Assembly: GCA_002269645.1 (NCBI GenBank) | Contig: NIVC01000284.1 | Span: forward strand, 434,001 to 498,000 | From: Macrostomum lignano | Lineage: Eukaryota | Length of the DNA stretch: 64,000 bases | Direction of reading: 5' to 3' | Shown here: positions 1 to 34,210 of the stretch, one piece after another | Layout of the letters: every line of letters begins with the position of its first letter | Numbering within the stretch: position 1 is the first letter of the stretch | Notes under the pieces: generated by a model | Seen by the model: the letters and a program-made list of their open reading frames with translations, nothing else | What the model was told of the DNA's origin: nothing | Database searches by the model: none | Made by a program: the position numbers and the translations under genes

Positions 1-2253
1 TTTTAGCACCGCAGGCACTCATTTTAGCGCCGCAGGCACTCGTTTTGGCGCCGCAGGCATTTTTTTGGCGCCACAGGCACTCATTTTGGCGCCGCAGGCA
101 CTCATTTTAGCGCCGCAGGCACTCATTTTAGCGCCGCAGGCACTCATTTTGGCGCCGCAGGAACTCATTTTAGCGGAAATGGCACTCATTTTATCGCTGC
201 AGGCACTCAGTTTAGCGCCGCAGGCACTCATTTTGGCGCCGCAGACACTCATTTTGGCGCCGCAGACACTCATTTTGGCACCACAGGAACTTATTTTAGC
301 ACCGCAGGCACTCATTTTAGCGCCGCAGGCACTTATTTTAGCGCCGCAGGCACTCATTTTGGCGCCGCAGGCATTTATTTTGGCGCCACAGGAACTCATT
401 TTGGCGCCGCAGACACTCATTTTGGCGCCGCAGGCACTCATTTTAGCGCCGCAGGCACTTATTTTAGCGCCGCAGGCACTCATTTTGACGCCGCAGGCAC
501 TCATTTTGGCACCGCAGGCACTCATTTTGACGCCGCAGGCACTCATTTTAGCGCAAATGGCACTCAGTTTAGCGCCGCAGGAACTCATTTTGGCGCCGCA
601 GGCACTCATTTTAGCGCCGCAGGCACTCATTTTGGCGCCGCAGGCACTCATTTTGGCGCCGCAGGCACTCATTTTAACGCCGCAGGCACTCATTTTAGCG
701 CCGCAGGCACTCATTTTAGCGCCGCAGGCACTTATTTTAGCGCCGCAGGCACTCATTTTAGCGCCGCAGACACTCATTTTAGCACCGCAGACACTCATTT
801 TAGCGCCGCAGGCACTCATTTTGGCGCCGCAGGAACTCATTTTAGCACCGCAGGCACTCATTTTAGCGCCGCAGGCACTCATTTTGACGCCGCAGGCACT
901 CATTTTAGCGCAAATGGCACTCAGTTTAGCGCCGCAGGAACTCATTTTGGCGCCGCAGGCACTCATTTTAGCACCGCAGACACTCATTTTAGCGCCGCAG
1001 GCACTCATTTTGGCGCCGCAGGAACTCATTTTAGCACCGCAGGAACTCATTTTAGCGCCGCACCGTTTTGGCGCCGCAGGCATTTTTTTGGCGCCACAGG
1101 AACTCATTTTGGCGCCGCAGGAACTCATTTTAGCGCAAATGGCACTCAGTTTAGCGGCACAGGCACTCATTTTAGCGCCGCAGGCACTCATTTTAGCGCC
1201 GCAGGCACTCATTTTAGCACCGCAGGCACTCATTTTGGCGCCGCAGGCACTCATTTTGACGCCGCAGGCACTCATTTTGGCGCCGCAGGCACTCATTTTA
1301 GCGCAAATGCACTCATTTTAGCGCCGCAGGCACTCATTTTAGCACCGCAGACACTCATTTTAGCGCCGCAGGCACTCATTTTAGCACCGCAGGCACTCAT
1401 TTTAGCGCCGCAGGCACTCGTTTTGGCGCCGCAGGCATTTTTTTGGCGCCACAGGCACTCATTTTGGCGCCGCAGGCACTCATTTTAGCGCCGCAGGCAC
1501 TCATTTTGACGCCGCAGGCACTCATTTTAGCGGCACAGGCACTCATTTTAGCACCGCAGGCACTCATTTTAGCGCCGCAGGCACTCATTTTGGCGCCGCA
1601 GGCACTCATTTTGGCGCCGCAGGCACTCATTTTAACGCCGCAGGCACTCATTTTAGCGCCGCAGGCACTCATTTTGGCGCCGCAGGAACTCATTTTAGCG
1701 GAAATGGCACTCATTTTATCGCTGCAGGCACTCAGTTTAGCGCCGCAGGCACTCATTTTGGCGCCGCAGACACTCATTTTGGCACCACAGGAACTTATTT
1801 TAGCACCGCAGGCACTCATTTTAGCGCCGCAGGCACTTATTTTAGCGCCGCAGGCACTCATTTTGGCGCCGCAGGCATTTATTTTGGCGCCACAGGAACT
1901 CATTTTGGCGCCGCAGACACTCATTTTGGTGCCGATGGCACTTTTTTGAGCGGCGCGGGCACCATTTAGGCGCCGCAGACACTCATTTTAGCGCCGCAGA
2001 CACTCATTTTAGCGCCGCAGGCACTCATTTTGGCGCCGCAGGCATTTATTTTAGCGTCGATGGCACTCAGTTTAGCGCCGCAGGCACTCATTTTAGCGCC
2101 GCAGGCACTCATTTTAGCGCCGCAGGCACTCATTTTAGCGCCGCAGGCACTCATTTTAGCGCCGCAGGCACTCAGTTTAGCGCCACAGGCACTCATTTTG
2201 GCGCCGCAGGCATTTATTTTGGCGCCACAGGAACTCATTTTAGCGCCGCAGGC
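1..2253. repeat. 21-bp minisatellite (GCAGGCACTCATTTTAGCGCC)n, about 105 copies, runs off the left window edge
   Basis: Period read directly; the 7-aa periodicity (LILAPQA / MSACGAK) of the ORFs agrees. A block of variant units near position 1 recurs near 1381. Confidence 0.97.
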
Positions 2254-3681
2254 ACTATATTTTTTCACCTTGAAGCAAAATTATTGATTTTCATAACGGG
2301 TCATGAGGTTGGGTGGGGGGGACAAAGCATTGGCAGTCCCCCCCCACAAGTTTTACTGGGGGGGACATGTTAGAAGGAAGCATAGTACAATTAGTTAAGC
2401 ATAGTACGACAGGAGTTTAGAAGCTTTTTACAATAGCTAATAGTTTGCCTTCAAGAAAACTCTCCGCGATTAAACTTTAGTTAAATTGATCTTGTAAGAT
2501 ATTTTAACTTATTGCCCCGATTTTGTTATTTTGTTTTCGATCAAAATTTGAATATTTTACTCTAAATGCATGTACTGTATTGACTTGTGCACTAAATCTA
2601 TCTGTTTGGCTATTGGTAAATGATTAATGTCCAAAGATCTGTCTGATAATGCCTATTCAAGTTAACTTGCTCTAATCCTGCGTTTTTTTCGTATTTTGTC
2701 GTATTTTGAAAAGTACCCCAAAGCACAGAGGGTGTGCATGATTGATGATTAAAAAGTCAGGGCCGCTGTTCACCCTATGTGTGAAATTGATTTTTCTCCT
2801 TCGTTTATAGGCCGAACTATCCAATCTTTTCTACTAGCTCGTACATGTATAATTAAGTAGTATATCTAGAACCGGTTTATCCATCTTTTTAGCGCAGCCA
2901 CACGTGGATCAATTAACGTATTTTGTTCACGAGTATCTCCTTCGAAAATGACCCGAAACTGTGGATTGGAAGATCGTCTTCATATTATCATATCACAAGT
3001 ACAATGCGTGATTACATTTACATGTAGCTGTTGCGATAAAGTTTACAGGGTCGAAGCATAAAGAAATGCATGCATAACTGAACTTTTGAGTTAACTTTCT
3101 GACAAAAAGATAACATTTTGAATGTGTACCTGCGAGCTAGTTGAATGAAAAATTTATTTAAAAAGAGTTTTTTTAATACATCGGCTGAAGGAATCGAAAA
3201 TATGCGGCAATGATTTGTAGCACGGGATACATATTTTAAACACTTTTGAACAACTTTCTTGATACTTTTTTGAAGAAAAAAAGACAAATAACTGCTACAA
3301 GTTCTCGCCATTGGCTCCGGAACAATTCTTCACTCCCCACACACTGTCTGTCTGTCTGTCTGCTTCCTTCTTCCGTTCCTCAGCCCTCCTGTGTCTCTCA
3401 TTCTCTTCGCCGTCCCGCTTCTCACAAGGCTGGGGGGTTCGGCGAATCCAAATGCCTCAGCAACCGACCCGGACAGCGCGCGGAGTTCAGCCAACCCCCG
3501 GTCCTGCCATCGTCAAAAAACGCCCACTCAAGCACGAGCGCCGCCCTGAATCCTTCTGTCCTGCCTCCGTCTACACCAACCAGGAGCATCGGCTGCGCCA
3601 CCTTGCGATATAGAAAGTAAAAATTTGGTCAGAAATCAGCGGAGTTGATTGCAGCAATTTGTGAACTATATTTTTTATTAG

Positions 3682-3706
3682 GTCCTACTTCCTGGACGAG
3701 TCGAAG
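3682..3706 (+). other. Putative short non-coding 5' exon shared by VAChT and ChAT
   Basis: TTTTTTATTAG acceptor (ends 3681) and strong GAAG|GTGAGT donor (3707) upstream of the VAChT acceptor. A shared 5' exon is the established layout of cholinergic loci. No transcript evidence. Confidence 0.45.
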
Positions 3707-4820
3707 GTGAGTAAAACGGATTAGGATTCGTGAACTCTGGACTGCTTATCATTAGAGTAAAATGATTTCTTCACATTGTTAAATTTTACCACAGGAACAA
3801 CACGTCGCCGCGGGGCTTTTGAACCACTTTTTCCTGAGGTATGTGATTTTTTGTCTTGGAATGTGTCTTGTGTCTCCACTTTTAAGTCGATAGTGACTTT
3901 TATTAGTAGAACATGTACTCACTTCATAGTTACGTATTGTTGAGTCGAATTAAACAAGTCAAGTTTCCACCTATGGCAATCATGAGCCGTTGCATTCTTT
4001 GAGTGTGAAGACGGCCATAATGCCCCCCCCCCTTCGTGAAACTCGACACCACGCAAAGGAATAAGGACTAATTCATAAAATTGATGCTTAGTAAATTGAT
4101 GAAGAATCCACTATGAGGTAGATTTGAAGGAAGGCCGTAGCTGTGCCAATAGTGATTCGTGATTTTGAGCAGGGAACTTCAGGTTGAGCAACAGATGGAT
4201 GTGAGCGAAATAAGCCAAGACGAGTACAGATGACGATGACAAAAAGAAGAGGGCTTGCAGATTTTTCTAGTTTGACAAAGGAGACTTGTGCGATCCGTCT
4301 AAACTGTACCCATGCCTAATCCTGAAGGTTGAGCGTCGAAAAAAGAATGAGACAGAGAGAAAGGTTCCAATTTCTTTTGTACCTCCCCTCATCGGGCGGG
4401 GTCCCTCTGCTCAATGCATCTAAAGTCTCGCCCCACTTCAGTCTTCTCCTCTCCTCTTGTCTTCTTCCCCACTTGGCTTAAACTCTTTCACCGGTTCCCA
4501 ACCCTGTCGCGCACTTCACCGAGGCGCCCTACCGGTTTTCCTGCCCTTGTCTTGCCCTGCCGTGCGCTGTCATTTTCATAAATGTGAGGCCTATTGATTT
4601 GCAACTGATGTGTTGTGTATATATTCCCACCCACCTTTAGGTCGTAGCAATGATGACTTCTCAGTGAGCCCACCTGTGCAGACTGCTCTTGAGTAACTTT
4701 CTCTTCTCTTATTTTCTCAGTCTGTTTCATGTACTGTCTTAGAATTTAACACATTTAAATAATTTAACTTGTAGCTCTATTAAAACTACAGTACCATGTA
4801 CCATTAAAAGTACCATTGTA

Positions 4821-5045
4821 CCAGTGGTTAGAGCGTCGGACTCACGACCTGAAAGGTCGGGGGTTCGTTTCTTGACCAGCTCAAAACAATTTGTGTCCTT
4901 GAGCAAGATACTTAACTCTGCATTGCTTCAGTTCACCCAGCTGTAAAATGGGTGCCAGCATAACTGGGGAAATGTGGTGACCCCCCACCCAGGGTGTGTG
5001 TGGTGACCCCCCACCCAGCCCATTGGGACAGGTGTAATCAATAAT
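4821..5045 (+). mobile_element. tRNA-derived CORE-type SINE (degenerate)
   Basis: A-box-like CCAGTGGTTAGAGCG (4821), B-box-like GGTTCGTTTC (4862), then GTGTCCTTGAGCAAGATACTTAAC...CACCCAGCTGTAAAATGGGT resembling the CORE domain of MIR/AFC-type SINEs, then an AT-rich tail. Confidence 0.7.
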
Positions 5046-5110
5046 TAGTATTATATTATTTTTATTTTAAATGATGAAAAGTAACGTCCGCATAATCTGT
5101 AAATCATATT

Positions 5111-5117
5111 TTTTTAG
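5111..5117 (+). other. Putative VAChT-specific 3' splice acceptor
   Basis: TCATATTTTTTTAG|ATTCC, about 173 nt upstream of the VAChT ATG. Confidence 0.6.
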
Positions 5118-5290
5118 ATTCCAAGAGACTGGACGAGGATAAGTTTTTGGACCTAGGTCACGGAAGAAACTGGAGAAGCGTAAGAAAGATTCTTATTGTT
5201 AAAACCTGAGAGCATTCCGAGGCATTAGCTCTGTTCAACTTGCATTAATTAGCTGTATTTAGCCGTGCCAAGATTTACACAGCAGCGAAA

Positions 5291-6997
5291 ATGTTGAGTT
5301 ATCTTCAGTCGCTTATCGAAGACCCAAGGTCGCAGAGAAAGTTAGTTCTGGTCATTGTTTGTATCGCTCTGCTCCTAGACAACATGCTGTATATGGTGAT
5401 CGTGCCCATCATTCCGCACTACCTGACCAACGTTACTAAGGAGTTGAGCGACCGTTACAGTCAGGTGTACATCTATAGCCAAAATGTCACTACTATGGTG
5501 AATGACACTGTAAGGCATCACATTAACAAAACCAGCATGACCAGATGGGGCATGCGGCGATCCGAGTCAGCGGAGAGACAAATTGGTATGCTATTCGCTA
5601 GCAAAGCGTTTGTGCAGCTTCTCATTAACCCCATCAGCGGCACCATTATTGACAAAGTCGGCTACGATCGACCCATGATGTTTGGACTGACGGTAATCTG
5701 CCTGTCAACCGTGGTGTTTGCCTTCGGGCACTCCTACGGGGTGATGATGCTTGCTCGGAGTCTGCAAGGCGTTGGATCCGCGTTTGCCGATACCTCGGGA
5801 CTGGCCATGATTGCCGATCGTTTCACCGAAGAATCCGAACGGACGAAAGCGCTCGGTATTGCACTGGCTTTCATCTCATTCGGATCTCTGGTTGCGCCGC
5901 CGTTTGGAGGTATCTTGTACGACCACTTCGGCAAGGTCCTGCCCTTCCTAGTGCTGTCCAGTATCGCTCTGATCGACGGCTGTCTCATGCTCATAGTGAT
6001 GAAGCCAGTAAGAATTGAACGTCGTACCCAGAAGGCTACAGGAGACCTGCCGAAAGGTACGCCAATTTGGCGCCTTCTTAGAGACCCGTACATTGCCACC
6101 TGCGCTGGAGCCTTGGCCATGTCGAATGTCTCTCTGGCTTTTCTAGAGCCAACCATTTCAATGTGGATGGAAGAAAAACTGAAGACAACCAACACCGAGG
6201 AGGGCATGGTTTGGCTGCCATCATTTTTTCCACACGTGCTGGGCGTTTACAGCACCGTTTATCTGGCTCGACGTTTTCCGAAATATCAATGGCTCATGGC
6301 TGCCGTTGGTTTGTCGCTTGAAGGCTTCTCCTGCTTGTGCGTACCATTCTGCAACAGCTTCGTGACGCTGATGATACCAATCTGTCTGCTGTGCTACGGC
6401 ATCGCTCTGGTGGACACCGCCCTCCTGCCGACCCTCGCATTCGTCGTCGACCATCACTACTCCTCGGTGTACGGATCTGTGTACGCCATCGCCGATATTT
6501 CTTACAGCATGGCCTACGCGTTCGGGCCTGTGGTGGCGGCCGGTTTAGTTAAATCAATCAGCTTCACCGGAATGAATGTCGTCATCTTTCTGACTAACGT
6601 TCTCTACGCTCCGATTCTGCTGGTACTACGCAATGTCTACAAATACGAAGGTGAATTTATCGAGGGAGAAGGCGAGAACGTCGGCGGAGGCGGCGGCGGT
6701 GGCGAGGGCGTTTCGATTCAGAATGCGCCGAAGCCGCACATGCGGACCTACATGCTAAACGGTTCGGATTCAGTCGGGGCAAAACCACTGGACAGCAAAG
6801 ACGACCCGTATGCTTCCATGCAGCCTCACGACGGCGGAAGCAACGTGCCGGCTTTTCAGACGGACTTCTCGAATGCATTCGGTCCTAACAGCGCAGGCAA
6901 CGACTTTGCTCCGCCACGACCGCCGCCCCCGCCGCCCCCGCCGACCTATACTCAGGCGCAGCAGCCGGGTTGGAAGAATCAGGGGCCGTTGGACTGA
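5291..6997 (+). CDS. VAChT: Vesicular acetylcholine transporter (SLC18A3 / unc-17 orthologue), single coding exon, 568 aa
   Basis: SLC18 MFS signatures RKLVLVIVCIALLLDNMLYMVIVPIIP, AFADTSGLAMIADRF, GIALAFISFGSLVAPPFGGILY, AFLEPTI and YSSVYGSVYAIADISYS. GIALVDTALLPTL is VAChT-type. Position 5' of the ChAT coding exons fits. Confidence 0.97.
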   Translation: MLSYLQSLIEDPRSQRKLVLVIVCIALLLDNMLYMVIVPIIPHYLTNVTKELSDRYSQVYIYSQNVTTMVNDTVRHHINKTSMTRWGMRRSESAERQIGMLFASKAFVQLLINPISGTIIDKVGYDRPMMFGLTVICLSTVVFAFGHSYGVMMLARSLQGVGSAFADTSGLAMIADRFTEESERTKALGIALAFISFGSLVAPPFGGILYDHFGKVLPFLVLSSIALIDGCLMLIVMKPVRIERRTQKATGDLPKGTPIWRLLRDPYIATCAGALAMSNVSLAFLEPTISMWMEEKLKTTNTEEGMVWLPSFFPHVLGVYSTVYLARRFPKYQWLMAAVGLSLEGFSCLCVPFCNSFVTLMIPICLLCYGIALVDTALLPTLAFVVDHHYSSVYGSVYAIADISYSMAYAFGPVVAAGLVKSISFTGMNVVIFLTNVLYAPILLVLRNVYKYEGEFIEGEGENVGGGGGGGEGVSIQNAPKPHMRTYMLNGSDSVGAKPLDSKDDPYASMQPHDGGSNVPAFQTDFSNAFGPNSAGNDFAPPRPPPPPPPPTYTQAQQPGWKNQGPLD

Positions 6998-7928
6998 GAG
7001 AAACAGACTTGAAAGAGAAATTTGAGCTGCTATTGATCCGATGAGAGAGCATCGATCAGCGAGAACACATTGCTTTGCTTTGTTGTCGTTTTCAACACTG
7101 TTGTCGTGACAATATGACGAAAAAACCAGCGCCATATTATGAAAAGTTTCCAAGAACTAACCATTTCTTTGCCGTTCTCTTTAGCAAAAATGTTTAAATG
7201 CAACAATATAGCATTGCACTTATTCTGATTGACTGTGTAAAATTTAATTTTGAATTCTTTTTTGTTTATCTGTCAGTAGTGAAACTTTTACTGTTGTATT
7301 CGGTGATCTATGAAATAATCTCACGCTTATTTAATTTAAACTTGCTTGCTAGCAAAAATGTTTAGCGCATATATTTTTTGTTTTGTTTAAAACGCATATT
7401 GTAATTAGTAGAGATACCCCTCATCTGTCAAAAATGGTTGTCAATTATGAACAGATTACAATATTATCTTTGTTAACCCGTAAATCTTGATTATATTGTC
7501 GCTTGTCGCTATATTGTCGAAGTATTACAGCATCTCGACTTTGGTGTGTGCTTCGGTGTTAGTAACAATGCCTGCAATATTTTTTTTTGCTTTTAATTTT
7601 GCTTCAATATGCTTTTTCGAAAAATCTCCTCTAATTTGATAGTTATTAGCAAATTACGCCATTTTCAATGTCTTTACAGCCTAAACAGAACTTTTCATTA
7701 GGTAATCTCTGAGTCGTAGCAGCTCTTTACGTTCGTATGTAGTTTTTTCAACGCACGCTTAATAGATTCTTACCTTGCAAAATTATTATAATTAGCAATT
7801 TTTTTCTGCGGAAGATTTTTAGGCCAATTCGACAGCGTAAGTTTCAACGCTTCAATTGTGTTTTTTCTCTGTCTGATTAAACAATTATGTCTAAATGCTT
7901 CGGAACGCGAAGAATGTTTTTGATTGGA

Positions 7929-7934
7929 AATAAA
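7929..7934 (+). terminator. Candidate VAChT polyadenylation signal AATAAA
   Basis: First AATAAA I found after the VAChT stop, at the end of an AT-rich 3'UTR-like tract. Confidence 0.35.
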
Positions 7935-10348
7935 AACTACGTAAATCTTTTTAGGGGTGAAAAAATTGTTGAACTTGCTCATTTCTACATTAGAAAGCCT
8001 ACTAATATCGTAGATATGACTGCGACACACCATAGCAATCCCCAGTTCAGCATTCGCTAATCAGAGTCAGCATGGGAATTCCAGGGCCCAGTCGATGAAA
8101 TTCAACCTTCCAAATCCCTACGGTGCGGCAATCCCATCGCGATAGGTATTTTCTGCCGAAAAGAGGGAAAATGAGAGATAATCGGACTGTCGGGATGAGA
8201 GCAGCATGGAGAAAAAGTCAAAAATATTCCCCAGCCGAGAGTTGCAGATCAGTGCTAGGATTGGGGAAGTGAAAATTTAATCTAATGACGCCGGGAGGGG
8301 ACGGTCAAGAGCCATGCCGGGCTTATCAACTCGTTGGCGGAACGAGTCGAGGAGCAGCTCACCAGCCTCCCAAAAAGAATCCACGAATTCTTTCGCTCAT
8401 CTGTCGTCGACCAGCCAGTCATTGCATATCCCGCCCCCATAGTTCTTCTCCTCTCACCGCTCGCATTCTCGCCAATCCCCAAGGGGGAGATCGAGTGAGG
8501 GCCAGCCCCCTCGCACGAAGGCTTCTTGTCGACTGTGCGGGTGGGGGGGGGCAGATCGTTCGTGAGACGGCGCAAAATTGGGCTCATTTTCTCCCGAGCT
8601 GACGGCGAGAGGCGGCGGAGCAACTCGACAGCTATAGCGAGGGCCCGCATCTAGGAGGCGGCGGAATGAGAGCTGCAGACAAGGATATACTGTCATCGAA
8701 TGCCCAGACAGAGATATGTCTGAGCATCGACGGGGGGGCTGGCCATTTTATTGAGCCAATTTTCTGGTCCTTTGTACAAAAAGGCCCGCATAGAACTGAA
8801 GGTAGAGAGATTGCCTTCGAGCTAGGCGGGTAACTAAGTTTGCCGCAGCCCCTCCTCTGCATAGAACAGTCCCATATAAGCCACGGGCTCCCGGCTCTCG
8901 CTGAGAAGTGCGTCCGGTAGGACCCAAAGTGACGAATGCCTTCACGTGGCTGGCTGCTGCCTAATGAGCGTAGATTGATGCAACAAGGGAGCGTTGATGA
9001 GTCTCTCTGGACTTGAAGGGGGGGGGGCGACTGTTGATGCGCCAGTGGAAGTCCATATTTTTTTCTTCGCGCAAGAGGCATTGATTTTTTTCTCCATCTT
9101 TTTTCCGTCCATCTTTTCCACTCCGTCCTTCTCTCGCTCACTTTGCCTTATTTAGCCAATGATTTGGATGAGGCGTTCAATTTGTTGGGGGGGGGGACGG
9201 CACTTTCTCGGCTTTTTTTTGAGGAAGCTTTGCAGCTTTTCCAACTTTGCGCTTTCTCACCAGCTATCCAGCCAAGCAGATTCCGCCATCACTCTCCCCC
9301 ACCCTGCAGAGTCCCGACGCGTTTTTTGGAGTGGTTTGTGGAGTCCCTCCCTGAGAGAGTGTTGCAGCTGGAAAGCCTTCCTCATCAACAGCTTCCTTCT
9401 TTTAAAAGAGAAGATTTTTGAATCAATCAATGTTTTCTTGGTGATGAGCTTCTTGGCTATGTCTTGTAGCCTCATGTCATAAAAATTACTTGCCTGAAAC
9501 TTTTCAAGGGCAAAACGATTGTGGGAATGTAGGAAATAAGCAACTAGAAAGGGACGAGAAAAAGAGATCTATTTTATCAGATGAGCATTTTAGCGCCGAT
9601 GCCTCTCAATGTCTGAGTACGCTATTTGTTTAGTGTCTGCAGCGCTCACCCATCATGTTAATCCTGTCCAACCCAAGAGCTGCTGAGCTCCAAACTCTTG
9701 AATAGCAAAAAATAACTGGGGTCTATTGTAGGCTTTCAGAATAGACACACACACAGATGTGAGAGTAGGGGCCGCCGTGTGTATGCCCACCGTCCTGCAA
9801 ATATTCCATAAATATGCAATCGAGGCATCCAGCTGGCTGTCGGTGAGTCTCTCAACGCTCTGCACTGCTCAGGAGGAGGTTTTGCTAGCCGAAAGGCCTC
9901 AGTCCTTCAGGACAAGCAGCCTGCGAGTAGAGGCTGAGTAGAAATTATAGATTCCAAACTTTAACTAACCAGTCACAGACTCATTTTTCGGCCCCGTTCG
10001 ATTAAGTCACCATCATCAAGTTGAGCTTGGAAGTTTCTGGGGCAGCCAGAAGTGGGAGGTGAGGGGCAGAAGCTGGGGGAGAGTTTATGTAACCAAACTG
10101 AAGGAGCGCCAAGGCCAAAACTGGTCTCCACTCACTTAACTGCCTTCTCTTCTTACCCCTCTAAACTTTCCTTCTAAAAGTGTTTTAGTTAGTTTTGCCT
10201 GGCTAAAAATAGAGCGCGCTTGCTAGGCGGACCCAAGGACCAAACGACACTGAAAATCTTCCCACTCAGCAAATAATTTTTGCCTTTCCTTGCTGGTCAC
10301 TTCAGCGAAGCTTCAGCAGCTCCAGCAGCATCCAAAACCAGAGTAAGA

Positions 10349-32240
<21,892 letters not shown>

Positions 32241-32808
32241 ATGACCGCATCGTATTCATGGATCACAAGACGCTTCATAACAAACATTAGCCTATAGATT
32301 TTTCTGTTATTACTGAACACGTGACATGACACGAAAAAGTGACATTTTTTCTTACCGGATAAACTTTTCAAAGATCACCTGATTGTAATAACTTTACTAG
32401 TGATCCTTGACTATATTTTCGGTAATGCTTATAGTCATACTCTGAGAGGCTGAGTGACCATGCAGCCATCTGGTCTCAACAGGTCGAACAATATCATAGC
32501 ATCCGTCCCGTTGGTCCAGGATTGATTTTTTAACAGCTATGCTTGTAGCAGATTTTCCTTTTTTTCAATCGATCAAACAACGCGCCACAAATCCACAAAT
32601 TCAGCAAACAAGAGGACGTATGTATATGTACTTTTGAATTTGCAGACTGTTTGTTTAAACCTGCTGACTGATATTTTGTTTCCGTTTTCCCCTGATATGA
32701 TCTCCAAATTATGCATAATATCGTTTTTGTTTTGGTCAAGTTTTTAACCTTGATTGATATTCAATTAGTCATTTATATTTCTCTGTTGTTCTTCTTGGAA
32801 CTTATAAC

Positions 32809-32814
32809 AATAAA
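32809..32814 (+). terminator. Candidate ChAT polyadenylation signal AATAAA (further ones near 33085 and 33330)
   Basis: AATAAA about 570 nt after the stop in AT-rich sequence; which signal is used cannot be determined. Confidence 0.3.
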
Positions 32815-33973
32815 AGCAATCAGAAATTGCAATAGTTATTTTGAGTTTCAAAACCAGATGCCTGGTTACATAATAAGCTTTGTAAAATTCATCACCCATA
32901 CTTTCTTTATGCATAAATTGTATCTTTCTATAGCAACACGACATTATTCGAACCGCATATAAATTTGCTGACTAATATTTATTAAACTACTTGCATGTGT
33001 AGTAGTATCTAACCCTCATCTCGAAGAAAAGGTTGTCTCTTGTTTCAGCTGCGGGCAAAATGTTGCTCCACTGAATCAAATTGTGAATAAAATATAGCCC
33101 AACATTTTTTTGTGCAGATATTTTTTTATAAAAATGTTTTCTTCAAATAGTAACTTTGTTTTAATTTCCAATGCTGCTGCTTTTCAAATAACTGGTTTAA
33201 TCGGTTGTTTAACTGTTTAACTTTACTTTTCACATTCTGTTACTGCAATTGTATTTTTTTGCGACTGGTTGTGGCAGGAAAACTCCGTTGGGTTCGAAAT
33301 AATTTAACAAAAGTGGCGTCAACTCGAAAAATAAAGATATTGTCTGGACTATAGATATTTTAGCACCTAATCCTTCGATATCAACAAATTATATCATGTT
33401 TTGGTCGGTACAATTACGCCATATTTTGTGTAATTTGACCTCTTTATGTTTTTGATCTTAGGCGTAGTGCAACAACAGTTCTATATTCTGAATTTCTGTA
33501 TTTTAAACACAGCGATGAGACACAGTGAGAGAATTGTTATATCATACTTGCTGCTATTTAGTTTTGTTTACTATTTCATGGGTTGTATTGTGTGGATTAC
33601 AACCTGCTTGCACTTGATCCGCTGACAATACAGTTTATCTTTTTTGTTTTGTTAGATAATAGAACATAAATTATAGTAGTGTTTAGATCTTATATACTAC
33701 TATAATACAATAGTACTACTAGTAGTGTTAAATGATTTTTTCGTCATGCATAAACTTTATTCAAATAAATATTCGGAGGTCGGACAACCTCAGTCAGATT
33801 TACGTTTTAATTTTTAATAGACTGCTTTGGTAGCTGAGAAACGGCAGATGAAATATTCATCGTGACTTATTTAGTAAAATTAGCAAAGAAAGGGTAATGG
33901 GATCATTTCGATTTTAATAGAAATGAGTGCTTCGAATCGTGAAATACTCGTAAACAGCTCGTACATGTACCTG

Positions 33974-34145
33974 AACTAACTAACTAATTAACTAACTAGA
34001 ATAACTAACTGACTAACTAACTAACTAACTAACTAACTAATTAACTAACTAGAATAACTAACTAACTAACTAACTAACTAATTAACTAACTAATTAACTA
34101 ACTAACTAACTAACTAATTAACTAAATAACTGACTAACTAACTAG

Positions 34146-34189
<44 letters not shown>

Positions 34190-34210
34190 TTAACTAACTA
34201 ACTAACTAAT

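Noticed and set aside
19-2287. Long ORFs on both strands (MSACGAK and LILAPQA repeats)
   Set aside because: Translations of a stop-free 21-bp minisatellite; no unique coding flanks or splice context.
4821-4880. tRNA gene
   Set aside because: Only degenerate A/B boxes, no complete cloverleaf, and it continues into a CORE domain, so it is a SINE head.
5734-7153. Antisense and alternative-frame ORFs over VAChT
   Set aside because: Shadows of a GC-rich CDS with no recognisable motifs.
9586-9598. Solitary CATTTTAGCGCCG matching the 21-bp array unit
   Set aside because: A 13-nt match with no flanking similarity; cannot be distinguished from chance.
8282-9941. Cluster of 60-170-aa ORFs between VAChT and ChAT as a nested third gene
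   Set aside because: They overlap on both strands, show no domain motifs and form no coherent exon chain; expected in GC-richer DNA.
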